A stretch of 64,000 bases of DNA. Source: Candidatus Cloacimonadales bacterium. GTDB lineage: Bacteria; Cloacimonadota; Cloacimonadia; Cloacimonadales; JAIOQZ01. This document shows, in pieces, positions 18,100 through 28,367 of the stretch. The stretch lies in assembly GCA_963674825.1 (NCBI GenBank), contig OY771587.1, forward strand, positions 3,680,001 through 3,744,000, read 5' to 3'. Made by a program: the position numbers and the translations under genes. The first letter of the stretch is position 1; each line of letters starts with the position of its first letter. The notes beneath the pieces are model-generated. The model did no database searches. It saw only the letters and a list, made by a program, of their open reading frames with translations, and was not told the origin of the DNA.

Positions 18100-19815
18100 A
18101 TGAAAAGGATTTATGCTCTACTTATTATAAGCCTGTTGGTTACGGCGTTGGCGGCTCAGACCGCCATCGGCGACACACTCACCGTAATCTTGAAACCGCT
18201 CCTGAACATCCCGGAGATCGTTACGCCGGGCGAGCGATTCACCCTCGAATGCGACGCACCCACCAACGCCGACAACTGGCATGTCGAGCTTGTGCATGGG
18301 CAGACCGTTATCGAACTGGGGATCTATTCCGCTAACTTCTACAACAGCCTCGAGCGCTGGCAGATTCAATGCAACATCCCGGAAAACCCACCGCTTTTCG
18401 AGCTCTACGACCTGCATGTCACCGCGGATGGCATCGAAGAAGACACCGAGAAACACGCCGTGCAGATCATCCCCGAAGAACGCGAGAACTACGCTATTAT
18501 CCACATCACCGACCCGCACATGCCTACCTCGCTCTACTATTACCAGGATGGAGCGGAAACCGATTCGACCAATATCGTCGATATGCGACAGGTGATTCAG
18601 GATATCAACATCATCAATCCGGCGTTCGTACTTCTGACCGGCGATGTGGTTCACGAAGGTGAGCTGGAAGACTATTTGAACAAGCGGTATTACACACGCG
18701 CCAAACGCGTGCTCGGAGAGCTGGAAGTGCCGGTCTACGTCACGAGCGGAAACCATGATATCGGCGGCTGGGACAGCACACCTCCCGAGGACGGAACCGC
18801 GCGGAAGAACTGGTGGAAGTTCTTTGGTTGGAACCGCCTTTACGATCCGCCCTCCGGCGATCCCTACTACACGCAGAACTACAGCTTCGATTACGGCGAT
18901 GTGCATTTCATTGGACTGGAAGCCTATAATAATTATGACAATTGGCGTTGGCAAATCTACGGCTCAGACAGCTTCACCGACGGCCAGATGGAATGGCTGG
19001 AGAACGATCTCGCCGATGCGCAGGACGCCGCCAGCCGTGTTATGTTCTATCACTTCGATTTCACAGAGCAGCTCGACCTGAACGCCCTCGATGTAGATCT
19101 GGCGTTGTGGGGACACATCCACTACAACGAAGGCAGCATCCACTATCAGCCCTACGACCTTGGTACCGACAACCTCGGAGACAATACTCGCGCCTATCGC
19201 CCGATACTTGTGAACAACAACGTCGTCGATCCGCAGGAAACTGTTTATGCCGGCTACAGCGGACAGAATCTTCGGGTCAACTACTCGCCATCCAACGAAG
19301 GCGTCGAAGATTCGGTCGAAGCCGATGTTCACAACGGGCTCGGAATATCGTTTACCGGTTGCAGACTCAAGTTTGTCATGCCATCCACCAATTATGGATA
19401 TATCGTGGAAGACGGTGAGCTCGAGCAGGTGGACCGTTCCGGTGAATTCAATATCTGCTATGTCAGCTTTGACTTGCCAGAAAACGAGGACGTAACTGTC
19501 AGTATCGCCACCGATTACGATATCGCAGTGGATCCTGTCACCGATAGCCCAACGATTGATGGTATCTCAACCATCGCGCCGAACCCGTTCAATCCTGTAA
19601 CCCGCATCTATTACACGCTTTCCAGTGATACAGACGTTAAACTACATATATATAATGTTCGAGGTGCTCGCGTAGCCACATTGGATCAGTACCACCAGAA
19701 AGCCGGTAGTCATTCCGTTCTGTGGGATGCTGATGGACAACCCTCCGGTATTTATTTGATCGAGATGATTACGCAGAATAATCGATCTATCCAGAAAGCG
19801 ATCTTGCTGAAATAG
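18100..19815 (+). CDS. Secreted calcineurin-like metallophosphoesterase with T9SS-type CTD
   Basis: DPH; GD; GNHD; GHIH motifs; C-terminus PNPFNP...SGIY...KAILLK. Confidence 0.88.
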   Translation: MKRIYALLIISLLVTALAAQTAIGDTLTVILKPLLNIPEIVTPGERFTLECDAPTNADNWHVELVHGQTVIELGIYSANFYNSLERWQIQCNIPENPPLFELYDLHVTADGIEEDTEKHAVQIIPEERENYAIIHITDPHMPTSLYYYQDGAETDSTNIVDMRQVIQDINIINPAFVLLTGDVVHEGELEDYLNKRYYTRAKRVLGELEVPVYVTSGNHDIGGWDSTPPEDGTARKNWWKFFGWNRLYDPPSGDPYYTQNYSFDYGDVHFIGLEAYNNYDNWRWQIYGSDSFTDGQMEWLENDLADAQDAASRVMFYHFDFTEQLDLNALDVDLALWGHIHYNEGSIHYQPYDLGTDNLGDNTRAYRPILVNNNVVDPQETVYAGYSGQNLRVNYSPSNEGVEDSVEADVHNGLGISFTGCRLKFVMPSTNYGYIVEDGELEQVDRSGEFNICYVSFDLPENEDVTVSIATDYDIAVDPVTDSPTIDGISTIAPNPFNPVTRIYYTLSSDTDVKLHIYNVRGARVATLDQYHQKAGSHSVLWDADGQPSGIYLIEMITQNNRSIQKAILLK

Positions 19816-19829
19816 CCCAAAGCGTAGCG

Positions 19830-20270
19830 TGTCATGCTGAGTGACCCGATTTGTCGGGTCGTATTGCAGAACGAAACAACAAGCGATGAAGTCAACATTC
19901 GGAAGATGATTTCATAAGAAACGGGCAGGCACAGGGACCTGCCCCTACAGCCCCCTGGGTACGCATAGCTCCTGTATGCATCTCTCCATGGAACGCGGAC
20001 GTCTGTGAATTTGCATGCAAATTCGAATCTTCCAAAATCCTCCGCATTCTCTCGCTCCCTTGGAACGCCAAGACCAGCGATTATCCGACGCAATCTGATA
20101 AATCGAATCTTCTATAGCTTTGCATTCTCCTTCTCTATGGATCGCCAAGCCCCAGCTTGGCATTTCTCTCTCTTCAGCACGACACAACAAGCGATGAAAT
20201 CAACATTCACAAGAGCCTCACTACGTTCAACACATTCAGAAAAATGATTTCATGAGAGACGGGCAATCTC
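19830..20270. repeat. Composite array of REP-like elements (BIME-like)
   Basis: TGTCATGCTGAG element at 19830; GTAG-type at 19923-19948; GG(A/T)(A/T)CGC-type at 19958, 19990, 20062 and 20139; ~50-bp direct repeat at 19876 and 20184. Confidence 0.8.
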
Positions 20271-20390
20271 GCCACGCATCAGCTTATTATCGATAATCGT
20301 CGAGGTATTTCTCAAGTTTTGCCGTAAATATTACGATATTAGCTTGACGCTTTATCCATATTCTTGAAATTGTCGAGCAGGAGGTACGCC

Positions 20391-22487
20391 ATGTCGAAAT
20401 TTGAAAAGATATTTGGGGAACTGACCTTCAGCAAATCTGTGATGAAACGGAAGCTGAGCAAAGATACATATGAAAAGATCATCGCTACAATGGAGAGCGG
20501 TGAGCCATTGGACGAGGAAATCGCGGCCGATATTGCCCACGCGATGAAAGAATGGGCGTTGGATGCCGGCGCAACACACTTCACCCACTGGTTTCAGCCA
20601 CAACGCGGTGGAACCGCCGAGAAACACGATGCCTTCATCTGCTACGACGATGACGGTGAGATCATCGAAAGATTTTCGCCGGACAGACTGATCCGCTCCG
20701 AACCGGATGCATCATCTTTCCCTTCCGGAGGAATGCGCTCGACCTTCGAAGCGCGAGGCTACACAGCCTGGGATCCCACATCACCGGCGTTTCTGCTCGA
20801 ATCGGGTGACGCGAGAACGCTGGTCATCCCGTCGGTTTTCCTGGCCTGGACAGGTGAGGTGCTAGACATCAAAACGCCGATGCTGCGCTCGCAACGAGCC
20901 CTGAACGATGCTGTCATCAGGTTACAGAAGTTACTCGGGAATCGATTTGCCAAACGCACAAGAGTCTTGCTCGGGCCTGAACAGGAGTATTTCCTTGTAC
21001 CAAAAGAGCTCTACAGCCAGCGTCCCGACCTCCAGCTCTGCAAACGCACCCTTTTCGGAGCTCCTTCCCCCAAGGGTCAGCAGATGGAAGATCACTATTT
21101 CGGTAGCATCAAGCCGCGCATCATGGCGTTCATGGCTGATCTCGATAACGAACTCTATCGCCGGGGAATCCCCAGCAAAACGCGCCACAATGAGGTTTCG
21201 CCCAACCAGTTCGAGATGGCTCCGCTCTACGAAGACGCAAATCTCGCGGTGGATCACAACCTCCAGGTCATGGCGCTACTGGACACTATCGCCGGACGGC
21301 ACGGGTTGGTGGCAATCCTTCACGAAAAACCATTTGCCGGCCTGAACGGTAGCGGCAAGCACCTCAACTGGTCGATCTGCGACAACACAGGCGCAAACTA
21401 CCTTGAGCCATCGAAATCACCGCTCAAAAACATCAGCTTTCTGATCACAGTCGCAGCAATCCTTCTGGGCGTACATCGCTTCGGCGGCCTGCTACGCGCA
21501 TCGGTATCGGACGCCGGTAATGATCACCGTCTTGGTGGAGGCGAAGCGCCTCCAGGCATCATGTCAGTGTACCTCGGCCAGTACCTCAACGAATTACTGG
21601 ATGAGATCGAAGGGATCGGCAAGCTTTCGGTGAAGACGATGGAAGATATCAACCTCGGCGTACAGAAACTTCCACGGATCGCCAAAGACATCGCTGATCG
21701 CAACCGCACCTCCCCTATCGCGTTTACGGGCAACAAATTCGAGTTCCGCCCCGTGGGCTCAAACCAGAATTGCGCTGAATCGGCCACCATCATGAATCTG
21801 ATCATCGCATGGGGTTACGACCAGATATATAAGAAGTTGAAGGCACGCAAAGGCAACGTGAAAGAAAGCGCGTTCCTGGTGATTAAAGAAGTCCTGAAGG
21901 AAACCCATGCTGTGCGATTTGAAGGAAATAACTATTCAGACGAATGGCGACAGGAAGCTCAAAAGCGCGGACTGCCCATCGCGGATAACACACCTCAAGC
22001 ATTGCGTTTCTATCTCGACGAGGATGTGAAGAAGCTCTTCAGCGAATATCATGTGCTTTCTGAGCGCGAACTGATCTCGAAGGTAGATATAAAACTCGAA
22101 GCCTACATCAAGACACTGGAGATCGAGTTTCGTACCGCCATCGAACTGGTCAACACCCGCGTGATGCCGTCTCTGACGCGTCACCTTAAGTTGCTGACCG
22201 AGACATACGCCGGACTGCTCAAAGCAGAGATCACCTCCGATGCCATGCGAGAAGAGATTCGTATTCTGGAGAAGATCTTCAGCGACCTTGCCCAGCATAT
22301 CAAAACAATGAAAGACATCCTTGCAAAAGGCGAAACAATCGAAGACCTTTTCGAACGGGCAGATTTCTACGCCGCAGAAGGACTTTCATCGCTTGATCGG
22401 ATGCGTACTGATGTAGATATGGTGGAGTCGTATGTTGCGGATGACCTTTGGGCGTTGCCTCGCTACTACCAACTCCTAAAACAGTAG
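20391..22487 (+). CDS. Glutamine synthetase type III
   Basis: HFTHWFQP; AEKHD; EPDASSFPSGG.RSTFEARGYTAWD; HNEV; HEKPFAGLNGSGKH; DRNRTSP. Start ATG 20391 after GGAGG. Confidence 0.95.
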   Translation: MSKFEKIFGELTFSKSVMKRKLSKDTYEKIIATMESGEPLDEEIAADIAHAMKEWALDAGATHFTHWFQPQRGGTAEKHDAFICYDDDGEIIERFSPDRLIRSEPDASSFPSGGMRSTFEARGYTAWDPTSPAFLLESGDARTLVIPSVFLAWTGEVLDIKTPMLRSQRALNDAVIRLQKLLGNRFAKRTRVLLGPEQEYFLVPKELYSQRPDLQLCKRTLFGAPSPKGQQMEDHYFGSIKPRIMAFMADLDNELYRRGIPSKTRHNEVSPNQFEMAPLYEDANLAVDHNLQVMALLDTIAGRHGLVAILHEKPFAGLNGSGKHLNWSICDNTGANYLEPSKSPLKNISFLITVAAILLGVHRFGGLLRASVSDAGNDHRLGGGEAPPGIMSVYLGQYLNELLDEIEGIGKLSVKTMEDINLGVQKLPRIAKDIADRNRTSPIAFTGNKFEFRPVGSNQNCAESATIMNLIIAWGYDQIYKKLKARKGNVKESAFLVIKEVLKETHAVRFEGNNYSDEWRQEAQKRGLPIADNTPQALRFYLDEDVKKLFSEYHVLSERELISKVDIKLEAYIKTLEIEFRTAIELVNTRVMPSLTRHLKLLTETYAGLLKAEITSDAMREEIRILEKIFSDLAQHIKTMKDILAKGETIEDLFERADFYAAEGLSSLDRMRTDVDMVESYVADDLWALPRYYQLLKQ

Positions 22488-22500
22488 ATCATTATTCGGA

Positions 22501-22527
22501 GCCATGAGCGGTAGCACCGTTCATGGC
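22501..22527 (+). terminator. Hairpin after the glutamine synthetase gene
   Basis: GCCATGAGCGGT-AGC-ACCGTTCATGGC; weak U-tract. Confidence 0.5.
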
Positions 22528-22658
22528 ACCGAGTATTAATTTCCACATATTCTTCGGAAAACCTCGAAAATTAGCTTCTCTTTGTTTTTTCGCAAAAATC
22601 TTCTAAATGGAACATTCTTTGCAAGATAGATGGCATCGCAACATCCAGGGGGTGCTCC

Positions 22659-25600
22659 ATGAGGAAGCTAATTTTTTTTACGTTAACACTTGTAATTTGC
22701 TTATCGCTATTTTCTGAGACAATCCAGTCAACATACGATTTCGATAGGCCAACGATCGAAGTTAAAAACGGAAAAAGCCTGGTCTCCGTTCGTGGCCTGA
22801 TGCCAGCGGGTGAACCCGGCGAGCCGCTTCTCCCTGCATATCCCGTGAAAATGCTGATCCCGCAGTTCCATAATGTTATCAGCATTACCGTGACGGGCGA
22901 TGCAGAGACAATCGCACTCGATCAGCCGATTTTCCCGGCACAGCAACAGTATCCGCTCAGCCAGCTTGACGCCATGAAACCATCGTTTACGAACCTTCGT
23001 GACGATGTTGCATCTATGAACGTCTTCCCCAGCGAAAATAGCGGAAACCAGATCGTCGGTTCCTACCGTGGTTACAGTATTTACAGTGTTCTGCTCTATC
23101 CGGTTCGTTATTTACACGCTGAAAACGCGATTGAGTATTACTCGCACCTCGAAGTAACCATCGAGACAGCTTTCGATCCCACAAGCCAGCGTGGTGCTAA
23201 CTTCGTCCGCAAAGATGAAAACACCTTGAAGCGCCTGCAACAGATGGTTTCCAATCCCGAAGCAGCGTACGGCTATATCGAACCGACCCAAGACAGGGAC
23301 CGTGACGAATATGACTACCTTGTCATTACACGCTCTGCGCTGATCGATGAATTCCAGCCTCTGGTCGACTACAAGAATAGTCTTGGCATCATGACAAACA
23401 TTGTAAGCGTAGAAGACGTACTGTCAACGTCGGAAGGTGACGATGATCAAGAAAAAATCAGAAACTATATTATCAACGAATACACAGAAAGCGGCATCGA
23501 CTATGTTCTTCTCGCCGCAGACGATGAATATATCCCACACCGTGGATTCCGCGTAAACCCAGGCAGCTACGACGACACAGACATCCCCAGTGATCTCTAC
23601 TACTTCAACCTCGACGGTTCCTGGAACGATGACAATGACGCATACTGGGGCGAATTCAACGAAGTTGATTTCTATGGTGAAGTTTTTGGCGGACGCGCAA
23701 GTGTTGACGATAGCGCCGAAGCAACGAACTTTGTTAACAAGCAGCTCATGTATCAAACCGAACCGGTTGTCGATGAGCTGACCAACAACGCACTGATCGG
23801 AGAAGATCTCGGCTGGACTTCCTGGGGCATGGACTACATGGAAGAGATCCGGCTTGGCTGCAGCAGCTACGGTTACACTACTGTCGGAATCCCTGACCAT
23901 ATCGATGTCGAAACGCTTTACGACGCACAGGGAACATGGTATGCCAGCCAGCTTTTCAGCTTGATGAACAGCGGTAAAAACCTTATCGGACACCTTGGTC
24001 ATTGCTCAACACATTACAATATGAAGTTCTATAACGATGATGTATCATCAACCAATATCACCAACAACGGCGTAAACCACAACTTCTACATCATCTACAC
24101 CCAGGGTTGCTATTGCAATGCTTTCGACAATCGTGACACCAACGGATATTACTCCACAACAGATGCGATCTCAGAAGTTTGGAACGACTTCGTCAACGGC
24201 CCCGTCTGCTACGTTGGTAACACCCGTTATGGATGGGGCGACGGACAGGCGACAAATGGCGCGTCTCAGCATCTTCAACGCGAATTTTACGATGCGCTTT
24301 ACGGTGAAAACCTTACGCGTATCTCTGAAGCCCAAGCCGATAGCAAGGACGATACTGTCCCCTATCTGAGCGCAAATACCGTGTTGTTATGGTCATACTT
24401 CGAGTCAACCGTACTCGGTGATCCCACCTTGGACATCTGGTCCGATTCCCCGGCGAATGCCAGCATCGACACAGATGATTTCCTGCCGATCGGCTGTACA
24501 TCGATTGATCTGACCGTTACAGTGAATGACACTTCGATCGGCGATATGCTCGTTGCCGCGATATTCAATGGTGAACTCATTGGACGGACTACTCTGCAGA
24601 ATGGCGTCGCCGGCGAAATCAACTTCACTATTCCACCCGAAACGCCAGGTACGCTTACCATTAACGTCTCTGGCCATAATCTGCTGAACGTATCGACCGA
24701 AGTCGATGTGATCGCACCGGACGAAGCGTTCATCATTCCGGGAACCTATAGCTTCATCGACGACAATAACAACCAGCTTGGGTGGAACGAATCGACTGAG
24801 ATGATCGTCCCTGCAAGCAATGTCGGCAACTTGGCGGCTGAAGGCGTTACAGCGACAATCACCACCGATTGTGCATACATCACACTTGATCAAGACGAAG
24901 TGGACTATGGAACCGTCGGCGCACAGACTGTTGCCGATCCGGCATCGGGATTCCTGATGACGGTTGCGAACGATGTCCCGCTGGGTACAGTCGCAGAATT
25001 CACGGTAACTTTTTCAAATAATGATGATACCTGGGAATACCAGATCTCCGTTCCGATCCAGATGCCCAATTTCATCTTCCAGAATGAGAGCTTCGAAGAG
25101 CTTTCGGGTAACGGAAATGAGATGCCGGATCCGGGTGAACTGATCCGCATTACTACCGAGATTGTAAACGATACCGATTTCACGCTGGACACACTACGCG
25201 TCTATCTCAGCACCGATAACGACATGGTCTCCATCACTCCCGATTACCTGAATTTCAATGGTATCACACCTGGCGATATGGAAAATCTGGAGTACTTCAA
25301 TATCACGCTCAGCAGCGAACTCGAATCGGCCACCAACATCGTCTTCTATATGAATGTTCTCACTGATCGCGGATACCAGTATGATCGCATTGTGAACCTT
25401 TCAATCAGCCCGTTCTTCGATACTGTAGAGTCTGATTTCTACCAATGGAACTCCTATGTACTGGAAACAGGAACCGTCAACCAATGGCATGTCAGCGAAC
25501 AGAATAATCACACTGTCAATGGTGACGCGAGCTGGAAGAGCGGCGACACCGGTAATTCCGAATATGAAAATGATAGCTTCGCCGCGCTGCAGAGTCCTGC

Positions 25601-26519
25601 CGTAACAGTATCCGATGATTCCTGGCTCACTTTCTGGCACAGAATGGAAGCTGAAATCAGCGGTAACTATGAAGGTTATGCATACGATGGTGGCTACGTT
25701 GAAGTTTCTGACGACGAAGGATCCACCTGGACGCAGATTGAACCAGAAGGTGGATATCCGTACCTTTCTCGTGGTGACAGCTGTCATCTTCCTGCCGATA
25801 CGCCACTCTTCTCAGGCGACCATGACTGGGAGCAGGTTTACTTTGACCTCGCAGAATACGCTGGACAGACGATTTTAATTCGCTTCGTGTTCCAGAGTGA
25901 CGGCAACACCGCTTACGAAGGCTGGTTTATCGATGATATTCAGATCATGCTGAACAGCCCGTTAGTACCGCCGACTAACCTGAATGGTTATTACACGGAA
26001 GGTATTGCTCAGATCAGTTGGGAAAGCCCGGACATTCCACTCGATTGCTTTGTCGTTATGCGTGACGGCGTAGTGATCGCGGAAAATGTTGCATCCAACA
26101 CTATCTGCGACGATCTCACCGGAGAAACGGGAACTCAGTTCACCTATACCGTAGCAAGCGTTCGCGGTGATGATATTTCGGACTTCAGCGAAGATTATAT
26201 CCTGTACGTAACCTCGACCGAAGGCAACGACATCCCCGTCTATGTGAACAACCTGTGGCAAAACTACCCCAATCCGTTCAATCCGGAGACGAAGATTCGC
26301 TTCACTGTCAGCGAGAAGCAGGATGTCAACTTGAAGGTGTATAATGTACGTGGACAGTTGGTTCTTACGCTTGTCAGCGACAAACTCGATGCCGGATTGC
26401 ACGAGATTACCTGGCAAGGTCGCAACGAACATGACAAGCCGGTTGGCAGCGGTGTCTATTTCTATCGTCTGGACATCGGTGGTGATCGGTTCGTCAAGAA
26501 GATGCTTTTACTGAAATAA
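22659..26519 (+). CDS. Gingipain-like C25 cysteine peptidase with propeptide, Ig-like and jelly-roll domains, and T9SS-type CTD
   Basis: Propeptide GEPGEPLLP; YLVIT; SDLYY..LDG; catalytic GH and QGC; LGDP; DGGYVEVS...GWFIDD; NYPNPFNP...KMLLLK. Confidence 0.9.
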   Translation: MRKLIFFTLTLVICLSLFSETIQSTYDFDRPTIEVKNGKSLVSVRGLMPAGEPGEPLLPAYPVKMLIPQFHNVISITVTGDAETIALDQPIFPAQQQYPLSQLDAMKPSFTNLRDDVASMNVFPSENSGNQIVGSYRGYSIYSVLLYPVRYLHAENAIEYYSHLEVTIETAFDPTSQRGANFVRKDENTLKRLQQMVSNPEAAYGYIEPTQDRDRDEYDYLVITRSALIDEFQPLVDYKNSLGIMTNIVSVEDVLSTSEGDDDQEKIRNYIINEYTESGIDYVLLAADDEYIPHRGFRVNPGSYDDTDIPSDLYYFNLDGSWNDDNDAYWGEFNEVDFYGEVFGGRASVDDSAEATNFVNKQLMYQTEPVVDELTNNALIGEDLGWTSWGMDYMEEIRLGCSSYGYTTVGIPDHIDVETLYDAQGTWYASQLFSLMNSGKNLIGHLGHCSTHYNMKFYNDDVSSTNITNNGVNHNFYIIYTQGCYCNAFDNRDTNGYYSTTDAISEVWNDFVNGPVCYVGNTRYGWGDGQATNGASQHLQREFYDALYGENLTRISEAQADSKDDTVPYLSANTVLLWSYFESTVLGDPTLDIWSDSPANASIDTDDFLPIGCTSIDLTVTVNDTSIGDMLVAAIFNGELIGRTTLQNGVAGEINFTIPPETPGTLTINVSGHNLLNVSTEVDVIAPDEAFIIPGTYSFIDDNNNQLGWNESTEMIVPASNVGNLAAEGVTATITTDCAYITLDQDEVDYGTVGAQTVADPASGFLMTVANDVPLGTVAEFTVTFSNNDDTWEYQISVPIQMPNFIFQNESFEELSGNGNEMPDPGELIRITTEIVNDTDFTLDTLRVYLSTDNDMVSITPDYLNFNGITPGDMENLEYFNITLSSELESATNIVFYMNVLTDRGYQYDRIVNLSISPFFDTVESDFYQWNSYVLETGTVNQWHVSEQNNHTVNGDASWKSGDTGNSEYENDSFAALQSPAVTVSDDSWLTFWHRMEAEISGNYEGYAYDGGYVEVSDDEGSTWTQIEPEGGYPYLSRGDSCHLPADTPLFSGDHDWEQVYFDLAEYAGQTILIRFVFQSDGNTAYEGWFIDDIQIMLNSPLVPPTNLNGYYTEGIAQISWESPDIPLDCFVVMRDGVVIAENVASNTICDDLTGETGTQFTYTVASVRGDDISDFSEDYILYVTSTEGNDIPVYVNNLWQNYPNPFNPETKIRFTVSEKQDVNLKVYNVRGQLVLTLVSDKLDAGLHEITWQGRNEHDKPVGSGVYFYRLDIGGDRFVKKMLLLK

Positions 26520-26557
26520 ATCCTTGGATCTCCTCCTTCTTCTCGGCTTTGGCTGTG

Positions 26558-26604
26558 AAGAAAACATTCGCTCCCGATTCCCCTCATCGGGAGCGATTTG
26601 TTTT
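26558..26604. terminator. Hairpin between convergent genes (bidirectional terminator candidate)
   Basis: AAAACATTCGCTCCCGAT-N7-ATCGGGAGCGATTTGTTTT. Confidence 0.6.
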
Positions 26605-26614
26605 GGGAATACTT

Positions 26615-26671
26615 GGTACGCAGACGTCTCGTCTGCAAAAAGAAAGGGCAGACACAATGGTCTGCCCCCAC
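26615..26671. repeat. Two REP-like palindromes
   Basis: GGTACGCAGACGTCTCGTCTGC (26615-26636) and GGGCAGACACAATGGTCTGCCCCCAC (26646-26671; GTGG variant of the GTAG type on the minus strand). Confidence 0.75.
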
Positions 26672-26687
26672 GAAGAATGATTGAATC

Positions 26688-28367
26688 CTATCGTTGTATT
26701 CTCTGAATGATGTAAAAGCGCTTCGGTTCAGTTGCAGGTGCCATCCATGCATGATCGCGAACAAACGTTCCCGAAGTGTCCAGTTCGAATTCGCCATCCG
26801 GTGCGTCGGAAGAAAGAATGATATACTCATATCCACCGGCATCATCCCAGTTAATCATCACGACTCCCTCATCGACAATGATCTCGCATGTCTCGACGAT
26901 GTCATTTATAAGAACAGGCGCAATCGTGGTGATCTGGTCACTCAGGATTACCACGCTGTCCATGACGCAATCGAAGTAGCCATCTGCAGAGAATGTGATC
27001 TGATATGTCCCAGGCAAAAGCGGTCGCTCGAACCTACCCGTCGTAGCATCACAAAACCAGGGTTCTACGGGCGTCATTCCCGTCTGATCATCCAGACCGG
27101 TCACAGTCATGATCGCTTCGATGGGATTACCCGATTCATCGATTGCATGCCCATGCAGGCAGCTGTAATTGGGGCGATCAAGCATAATCAGCGCTGCCTG
27201 AAGGTTGGCGGCTTTGATTTGGTCGATGTAAGGTTGAGGAGGATAGTAACCACCATAACCGGCGTTGTTCACCTCGATAGTGAATCCGAATACGCGTTCC
27301 TCAGCATAAGACCAGTCGCCCATCGTACCCTGACAGGTATATACGAAATCCGATGCCTGAACCGGCGTGTAGTGGCCGGTTCCATCGATCTGCGGAATAG
27401 TGACAGCCATATTGACAGCAAGCTCTCCCATAATCTCATGATCGAGGCTGCATGCCCCATCAATATGCCCCAGCGGATAGATCACCCACTCTCCCGTCGA
27501 ATGATAGGTGATACCGCCCCAGAATTTTCGACTTTGGATCATATCGCGCATGTAAACTGCTTCGAGCTCCGAAAATTCGTATGGGCCTCGATAGATATGC
27601 GATCCATAGTAGCTCGATGTACCATTTGGTCCCCATACATACCCAAAATTACGATTCAGGTCTACACCATCCATGGTAGAGAAATCAGGCATTCCATCCT
27701 GGTCGGTATCGCGCATGTTTTTACGGTGAAAAGCGTGCCACTCCTGCACGGATACTTCATAACCATCCGGGTTGATCACCGGAATAACCCAGATCTGGTT
27801 GGTGTCGATCCAGTTGGTTACATCTGCATCAGTACCATAGTTTTCCAACAAATAGGTCAGGATGTGCATGGTCACTTCTACGCTGATCGTCTCACGTGCG
27901 TGGATACCACCGGAATAGAAGAAATTCGGTTCGTCCTCTTCGGTATCTGGATTATCGGAAAGCTTCATGCACAGCACATCGAACTGAAAATCCGAATAAT
28001 TGTCATTGCCATCGAGATACATCTGGTGGCAAGTCGTGGGGCCGAGTGTGTCGAGTCTGGTAATTTCAGAGTACATTGTTGCAAGTGTTTGGAGGCTGTC
28101 AATGATTGCAGCATAGGGCTGATATCCCGGAAGCATGCGTTGGTGAGTCGTGTATCGATAGCCATGATCGTTGAGATATTCTTGCGAAGTTTCATCGCCG
28201 ATAAAAACGATATTCGGTGGTTGTTGATGATATTCATCCAAAAGTTCGTTGTCAATGAGCCACTTGATGAGGGTCTCATCACCATTGGTTACGACGATCT
28301 CTTTCTGCTGTGAGAACAGGAAGACGGTCATCAATAGAATAGCAGAAAATACAAGAAGTTGTTTCAT
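26688..28367 (-). CDS. Secreted M14 zinc carboxypeptidase (paralog 2)
   Basis: HARE; NPDG; RKN; GVDLNRNF; TYHS; FTIE; regulatory Ig-like domain. Confidence 0.9.
   Translation of the reverse strand: MKQLLVFSAILLMTVFLFSQQKEIVVTNGDETLIKWLIDNELLDEYHQQPPNIVFIGDETSQEYLNDHGYRYTTHQRMLPGYQPYAAIIDSLQTLATMYSEITRLDTLGPTTCHQMYLDGNDNYSDFQFDVLCMKLSDNPDTEEDEPNFFYSGGIHARETISVEVTMHILTYLLENYGTDADVTNWIDTNQIWVIPVINPDGYEVSVQEWHAFHRKNMRDTDQDGMPDFSTMDGVDLNRNFGYVWGPNGTSSYYGSHIYRGPYEFSELEAVYMRDMIQSRKFWGGITYHSTGEWVIYPLGHIDGACSLDHEIMGELAVNMAVTIPQIDGTGHYTPVQASDFVYTCQGTMGDWSYAEERVFGFTIEVNNAGYGGYYPPQPYIDQIKAANLQAALIMLDRPNYSCLHGHAIDESGNPIEAIMTVTGLDDQTGMTPVEPWFCDATTGRFERPLLPGTYQITFSADGYFDCVMDSVVILSDQITTIAPVLINDIVETCEIIVDEGVVMINWDDAGGYEYIILSSDAPDGEFELDTSGTFVRDHAWMAPATEPKRFYIIQRIQR

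Noticed and set aside
19830..20270. Possible CRISPR array
   Set aside because: Units vary in length and sequence, match dispersed REPs, and no cas genes are present.
22583..22607. Possible free-standing copy of the micro-element (TGT-TTTTTCGCAAAAA-TCTTCTAAA)
   Set aside because: The stem is only A/T homopolymer in an AT-rich promoter region; too weak to count.
26694..28313. 539-aa ORF on the + strand
   Set aside because: Antisense shadow of the M14 carboxypeptidase; no motifs or RBS seen. The same applies to the many other antisense ORFs in the track.
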